A stretch of DNA of 64,000 nt from Sphaerodactylus townsendi (Eukaryota): contig NC_059430.1 of assembly GCF_021028975.2 (NCBI RefSeq), forward strand, positions 61,256,001 through 61,320,000. The letters run 5' to 3'. A program made the translations under genes and the position numbers. Positions within the stretch are counted from its first letter, which is position 1; each line of letters starts with the position of its first letter. This document shows, piece by piece, positions 59,813 to 64,000 of the stretch. Below the pieces are notes generated by a model. The model saw nothing but the letters and a program-made list of their open reading frames with translations, was not told where the DNA came from and did not search any database.

Positions 59813-60529
59813 AAGAATGTGTCTGGGTGGAGGTCATTTGCAGTTGCCTTTAAATGTCTCTACTTTTTGGTTTTGGGTTTTTTTTTAGTATTGGTAACTA
59901 GGTTTGTTGATTTTCAAACTCTTTTCCTTTTTGTTGAAACTGTCCCAGTATTGGTGGATTTCAATGACTTCCCTGTGTAGTCTGGCATAGTAGCTGTTGG
60001 AGTTATCAAGAATTTCTAAACATAAGATTCTATGTCCAGATTAGAGCATGTTCAGCTACTGTTGATTTCTTAGGTTGGATTAGTTGGCAATGCCTTTCAT
60101 GATCTTTAATTGTTGTCAGAATGCTGTGCTTTGTAGTCTATATGTACTTGTCCACAATTGCATGGTACGTGATAGACTCCTGCAGAGATAAGAGAATCGC
60201 TCTTGTCCTTTGTTGACCACAGCATTTGCTGTATTTTTCTGGTGGATCTGAAGACTGTCTGAAAGTTATGTTTTTCCATCAGTTTTCTCATTCAGTCAGT
60301 GATCCCCTTGATGTACAGTAGAAATACCTTTTGTTTGGGAGCTGTTTTCCCCCAGTCCTGTGTTTTTCTTTCAGTTTTTTAGCTCTTCTGATTTTTGTTG
60401 TGGAGTAACTATTTGCTTGCAGAGGCCAGTCTAGGTGATTCAGTTCTTCAGTGAAAAGGCGAGGTTCACAGATCTGTATCACAGAGTTTTGATTATGCCC
60501 CCTTTTTGTCATGAAAAATCTATGGTATC

Positions 60530-60930
60530 TGTAAAACTCTCCTCCATTATGACATTTCAAATGAATCAACTTTCTTCCTCACAGCTTTTTATGGTCCAGA
60601 TTTCACACCAATACATAGAAACAGGGAACACTAGTGCATGAATTAACTTGATCTTGGTCACCAATGACACATCCTTGCAGGTAAGAATCTTTTCTAGCTC
60701 CTCCAAGATTGCCCTTCCCAGCCTCAATCTTTTGATTCCTTGGTTCCACTCTCCCTTTTGATAATGGAGCCAAAGAATAGAAAATCTTTAATAATTTTAA
60801 CTTCTTCATTGTCAGCCTTAAAGTTATGTAATTCCCCAGGAGTCATTTCTTTTTGTCTTCTTGATGTTCAGTCGTAATCCTGCTTTGGCACTTTCTGCTT
60901 TAATCTTCATCAGTAATAATTTCAAGTCCT
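60530..60930 (-). mobile_element. RTE-BovB RT fragment
   Basis: Reverse peptide DLKLLLMKIKAESAKAGLRLNIKKTK followed by an EVK...FLFFGS-like segment. Confidence 0.75.
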
Positions 60931-61767
60931 TACCTTTAAAAAAGCTGGAAATTAAGGGAGTGTATTTATGATATTGTCCAACCATCACATCTATCTTTGT
61001 GTCTAGTTTTAAATGGAGACTTTTATATAGCAATGCTAATCAAGTCAATCATTCTAAACTTATTGGCTTCAACAAACTTTGAAAGATGTGACTGTTAAAG
61101 AATATACTATAAAACTTTGCACTTAAAACTGAATACAAAAAAACCCATTAATCGTTATTGGACAGGACATACATGATTAGTTGCAGAGATATTTTGAAAT
61201 GTAGGGACAATTTATTAACTTTTTCAAGACCATGGCCAAAACTTGCAAATGTGTTAAAAGAAACCAAATCACAAGACATAATGAGGAAATGGTCAGGAAA
61301 TACTACTTTTGCAACCTATGCTGTAATGTAACCTACTGGACCTTTCTTTTGTCATAAAATGCTGACAATAGAATAGGCAGGTGCTAACTGTTCTGAAGGC
61401 TGCTATGGGGTAGAGTTGCCAAGCATTACTTTCTTCAAATCCAAAAACTCAATTGTCAGCAAACCCATCCTTCTGGTAACACAGGCTATCAGTGCTTTAC
61501 GTGCTGACAATACTTGGCTAGTAGTAGTCACAATTTTAAAACATTCCAGTATGACAGGAAAGCACCCATCACTTCCCCCACCCCAGAAAAATCCTTCAGG
61601 GTACAGTTGATGATTTATCTTTGAACATTTTAGGCTGAATGAAAAAGTCGTTTTCTACCATTAGATGGGAAACGGAAAAAGGATGATTTTGCTGACTCTC
61701 CCCTCCTATTGTAGTCTCCACTTGTCGTTCCCCACCACCACCACCACCACCACCACTGCTCCCAACT

Positions 61768-61973
61768 GGGGCTGCCAACCTCCAGGAGGGGCCTGGACTT
61801 GTGCTAGAAGTACAACTGAACTCCAGGCCACAGAGATCAGTTCCCCTTGAGAAAATGGCAGATTTGTCTCTGTGGCTTTACATGCCTGCTGAGCTCCTTC
61901 CTCTCTTCAAACTCTGATTTCCAGGCTCCTCTCTCAAATCCAGGAATTTCCCAAACCAGAGTTGGCAAGCCTA
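61768..61973. mobile_element. Degenerate hAT-like MITE (TAGGGTTGCCA-type)
   Basis: ggggctgccaacc...gttggcaagccta termini; reverse relative of 38548. Confidence 0.55.
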
Positions 61974-62691
61974 TTTATATGGGTCTCTTGACCCCTCCAG
62001 GCAGAATTTTGGAAATGTCATAAGCTGAATGGGCAGAATTTATATCATGTGGACTGATGTCAAGTGGCACTGGCAGGAGGATCAAATGCCTCCCAATACT
62101 ATCAGCCAATGCAATGTATTTAAATTGTCTATGGGTTCAACAAGATGTCAGTACCAGAAGGCATCACAACACACTCCAGTAGAGCAGCATAAAACAAATG
62201 TGTCCCCTTGGGAATACATCTGCAGGACTAAAAATTGCACCTCTCCCTGGATTCTTATCAGTCATTACAACATACATGTCTTTGCATGCGTTGAAGGTTA
62301 AATGCTTGTCTATTTTTTACATTTATATTGTATGTAGTAAATAAATATATGCCATTGCTTCATATAATGCATTTTTGAAGTATTACTGATCCTTTTAGAT
62401 CCTTTTAAATTAATGGTTTTGCTGATTTGCCAAGTGAATTTTCTTGACCATTTGTCCCATGACAGTGGAGAAGTTTCTAAGTAGTCATTTAGGGAGAAAC
62501 CAGCACTGGCAGATACCCAGTACAATGAGTCTAAAGGGAAGGTGGGGGTGTTCAGAAGTTCCTCAGTTTTGCAGTTTCCAATCCCCAGCCACTTGAGACT
62601 CCGGGGACCCTAGTTCATCAGATTCATCTGCAGTGCAGCTCAGATGGTATCTGAGAAGGGAATTGCAGATTAAACTATGTGCAGTACTCGA

Positions 62692-63075
62692 TTATTTATT
62701 AATTTATATATCAGATTTAATATACTGCCCCATCCCCAAAGGGCTCTGAGCGGTGTACAACCAATAAAACAATCACATTAAATTATGATCAATAAAACAA
62801 CATTTTTAATTACCAGTTAAACGCAATTGACAATCAGCTCCAACCTCCATCTTAAAATCAGATGATGACATAAACAATGGACTCATCGGGCGGGCGGCAT
62901 GATATGGACAAGTCCCCAAGGTGGAATATGGGGCACAGGGGACAGCACCTTCAATGGCCAATTTCCCCAAAGGCCCAGCAGAACAACTCTGTGGAACTGT
63001 TCTAGGTCCCGCAGGGCCCAGATGGCTGAGGGGAGAGTGTTCCACCAGGTTGGGGCCAGGGCACTAAAGACACTA
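62692..63075 (-). mobile_element. L2 LINE 3' fragment
   Basis: Reverse peptide FSALAPTWWNTLPSAIWALRDLEQFHR resembles the end of the L2 at 45154; (TAAA)n-like tail. Confidence 0.7.
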
Positions 63076-63675
63076 AATTGCATAAACTCTGCTTGCTTGA
63101 AAGCAGTGAGTCATCTCAGAAGAAAACGAAAGTCTGCCCAACCACTTACAAAAGGAGTGCTGGGCTAGCTGACATTTGTGAATGCAATTGTACAAATTCC
63201 TTATGGCCCATCTGACTCCATCTTCTTGAAAACCTGACCTTTGGTCTGGAACTGTGAGACCTTGCCCCCAGTCTACCCCTGAATGTGTGGCGACTGCATT
63301 ACAGACTTCTGGCTTCTTAATCAAGGACTGGTGCAGGCTTTCTGACTATAGTACTATGTTTACATGAGATTGCTAGATCTCAACACAACAATAGGCACAT
63401 TTTCACATTATACAGTACCCTTCTTCTGAATTGATGATCACAATTTCAAAAAATGGGGGAAAGCATGATTGTTCTGACAAACAGCATAAGGAATATTTGT
63501 TCACATTATAAATTTTCATTCTCAGTGGTCCTAGGGCAGGACAGTTAAGGCAGATCCCCATCACCACCTCCTTAATTTCTTCAGGCAGGTCAGCCACTTA
63601 CTGACCTGTCTCTTGTCAGGTTTTCCCACCTCTTTCCCTTCAGGAACTGAGGAGCTTAAAAATGGTAGTGTAAGG

Positions 63676-64000
63676 TGTAATAAAAGCACTCTCCCTCAGC
63701 CCTGTAACTGACCCAGAAAGTGAAGGATGCCCATTGACTTAAACCTCTCCAGGCAAACCCCCTTTATAAGGCACACAAAATAAATATTGAGGCAGATTTT
63801 AAACTTAAACAGAATAAAAGGTTTATTAACAGAGACGAGATAGGTAAGGGAGATAAATAACTTGGAGAGAGGGAATGGATGAGGGAAACCAGGCAGGATA
63901 AATATATATACCCAAGAGCTTGGCACAGAAATTTCAGTATTTAGTTTTTCAAGTTCAGACTTAATAAAATTATTCAGTTTCAGTTCTCAGTTACCATTCA
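63676..64000. mobile_element. Possible LTR start, truncated by the window end
   Basis: TGTAA start and aataaaaggtttatt motif; incomplete, so tentative. Confidence 0.3.

Larger units (their letters stand above)
58863..60480 (-). mobile_element. Penelope-like element fragment interrupted by CR1
   Basis: Terminal repeat matches 33592 and 23581; ORF 60106-60291(-) RKLMEKHNFQTVFRSTRKIQQML..TKDK...AGVYHVPCNCGQVHI is the GIY-YIG N-terminal part. Confidence 0.8.

Noticed and set aside
59601-59980. ORFs with Ala/Val/Asn or Leu/His periodicity
   Set aside because: Produced by a 6-bp periodic repeat inside a Penelope remnant.

Overview
Vertebrate genomic DNA, most likely a squamate (lizard) judging from the repeat content (CR1, L2, RTE-BovB, Penelope, DIRS, 5S-derived and squamate-type SINEs, hAT MITEs, Helitrons). 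Two protein-coding genes lie tail-to-tail. (1) The 3' part of GNS (N-acetylglucosamine-6-sulfatase) is on the + strand: nine coding exons from 197 to 13825, equivalent to human exons 6-14, all GT-AG and in phase. The catalytic N-terminal exons lie upstream of the window. (2) A complete 5-exon RASSF3 is on the - strand (49431 to 20820, 249 aa, RA + SARAH domains), with a CpG-island promoter at about 48.7-49.75 kb and a 25 kb first intron. The ~7 kb between the two stop codons has no recognisable transposons, while the introns and the upstream flank are full of them. Almost all ORFs in the supplied track are spurious or transposon-derived. I do not see a clearly new multi-gene system. The best leads are: hammerhead-ribozyme remnants in Penelope terminal repeats (one pair forming a ~240 bp hairpin, one split by a CR1 insertion); a ~140 bp target-site duplication around an RTE-like LINE; a uORF whose stop overlaps the RASSF3 start (ATGA); a CpG-rich LTR-like promoter with a splice donor in RASSF3 intron 1; a candidate alternative last exon of GNS; and RASSF1/5-like segments retained in this RASSF3. 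Family names and comparisons with human proteins are from recall, not from database searches.
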